From: Hydrolagus colliei
Taxonomy: Eukaryota
Assembly: GCA_035084275.1 (NCBI GenBank)
Contig: CM068761.1
Coordinates: forward strand, 744,001 to 808,000
DNA length: 64,000 nt
Direction: 5' to 3'
This document shows, piece after piece, positions 62,701 to 64,000 of the stretch. A program made the translations under genes and the position numbers. Below the pieces are notes generated by a model. The model was not told where the DNA came from and did not search any database. It saw only the letters and a program-made list of their open reading frames with translations. How positions within the stretch are numbered: the stretch's first letter is position 1; the number at the start of each line of letters is the position of its first letter.

Positions 62701-64000
62701 AAACCTCAAAAGCAGAGAACAACAGGCCCTGTCGCCCTCGTCACTTGCCGCTCTGCTCAGGACTGGCGTGTGCTGTAGTGCGACTGAGGTGTTCAGATTT
62801 GTGAATTTCTTTGGCCTTTTCATTGCCTGCCAGCACATTCTCTAACTCCCCGGTGAAAACCTTTAATGGACTGCAGTCAGCGCAGTATTTGTTGCTTGGG
62901 TGAATTCAGCAGTACTTTAATAATCTTAGCGTGAGACTGCAGGCAGGAGACGGAAGCAAGGGAAATCTAAAACACAGGCCTTGCCTTGTGGGTATCAGCC
63001 CACTAAATACCATAATGGGCCTCTTTATTTGGCTCTTTCATTTTGCAGCTTACTCTGTCACAAGTTAATCTCCAAATCTCACCAAGGTGATTCGGAAACT
63101 AAATCAGCATATTTCTCTCCTCCCGACTCAATTAAAGTAGTTTTTTGTTTGTTGTCGTCCATTTGTATTGCCTTCGGCTGATTGGCCTTCAGATCTGAAA
63201 CTGCTCTGCTCCCCTCCCCTCTCCGTGTCACTAGGTGATCGAGTGACAGTTCTTTTTCCGAGTATCCCACGCCACGTGTTATCAGGGCAGTGTCGCAACT
63301 GAGCCCGATCATCATGCCAACCACACGTCAATAGATATCAGTTAGGAGTGGGAACCCTGGCTGCTATACCTGTTTTAGCCTTGCACCCGACATCAAAGTC
63401 ACCATTGACAAACATACAATTAAATGAAGATTTTCTTGATCCGGATGATTTAGTGCCATTACACCTCTCAGCCGATTACCCCCTCAGCCACTAGAGCAAC
63501 AACAACACACAGTGTTCTCCCCAAATGGCAGAAGCAGCCCCAGTAGAAATGGGGCCTTTTCTGGTTGGACAGCGAAGGCTCCCGCCCAATTGTTTTTCCT
63601 TGGCAGCAAAGTTCAGAGTGAAATAAATTGACAGCTTTGCTATCATTAAGTATGTGAAACTAAGTACTGTACTGTGTGCTGGAGGGGGGTGGAGGAGTAC
63701 AGCTGTTGCGTATCACTTGGCTATCGCCACCTTGAACAGAAAATTATCAGTTACAAAGCTTGCTAGTTACACACTTGTGAAGTACTGTACATTTATACAG
63801 CCCACTCATTAATTGTAGGATTATTGAACAGCCAACCAAAAGAGCTACAGTTAACACCAAGCTTCTTCAGCTTTGTTGAACTTCAAGTGCTTCTTTTGTT
63901 CATCTGCAGATACTGTACAGTAGATTTTTTTTTCAAGTTTGATAGATGTTTTCATATTCTGTTTGGCCTGAAGTATTGTGTCTATCTCTCCACCTCGTTT

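Larger units (their letters stand above)
1..64000 (+). other. FBRSL1: Whole window lies within the FBRSL1-like transcription unit (end of intron 2, exon 3, ~11.5-kb intron 3, exon 4, start of intron 4)
   Basis: Two consecutive internal exons found. I did not find the preceding exon (KDxALKP...) or the following 30-nt exon (CDSES...K) by eye, so they probably lie outside the window. Confidence 0.7.

Noticed and set aside
1-64000. The many 60-180 aa ORFs of the track as stand-alone genes or an operon-like novel system
   Set aside because: This is vertebrate intronic DNA; the ORFs are short, overlap at random, often begin at non-ATG codons, and are either unrecognisable or LINE relics.

Overview
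Eukaryotic, vertebrate genomic DNA. The repeat content (L2 and CR1 LINE relics, DeuSINE-type and tRNA-derived SINEs, a Penelope-type hairpin) points to a cartilaginous fish, most likely a chimaera/holocephalan; the taxon is an inference. The window lies inside one large + strand gene of the AUTS2 family, best matching FBRSL1. Only two small, phase-0 coding exons are recognisable: 34118-34219 (MKVSSNRNGRNSEDDSVREANSSQRSSSRDKLSD) and 45730-45765 (SSAHSFSGRGYS). The rest is intron, containing decayed retroelements, microsatellites and several enhancer-like, TE-poor blocks. Nearly all ORFs in the supplied track are spurious or LINE remnants. There is no prokaryote-type system, CRISPR array or rRNA/tRNA gene. 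The best leads are: (1) a 2.64-kb TIR transposon with a 5-bp TSD that splits an L2 relic and carries RTE and SINE cargo (47950-50588); (2) a candidate unannotated in-frame 87-nt exon or alternative first exon (59684-59770); (3) a Penelope-type palindrome retaining a hammerhead-ribozyme core (11641-11886); (4) a Chi-containing minisatellite with an exact 99-bp higher-order repeat. Family assignments are from recalled consensus motifs, not database searches, and most repeat boundaries are approximate.
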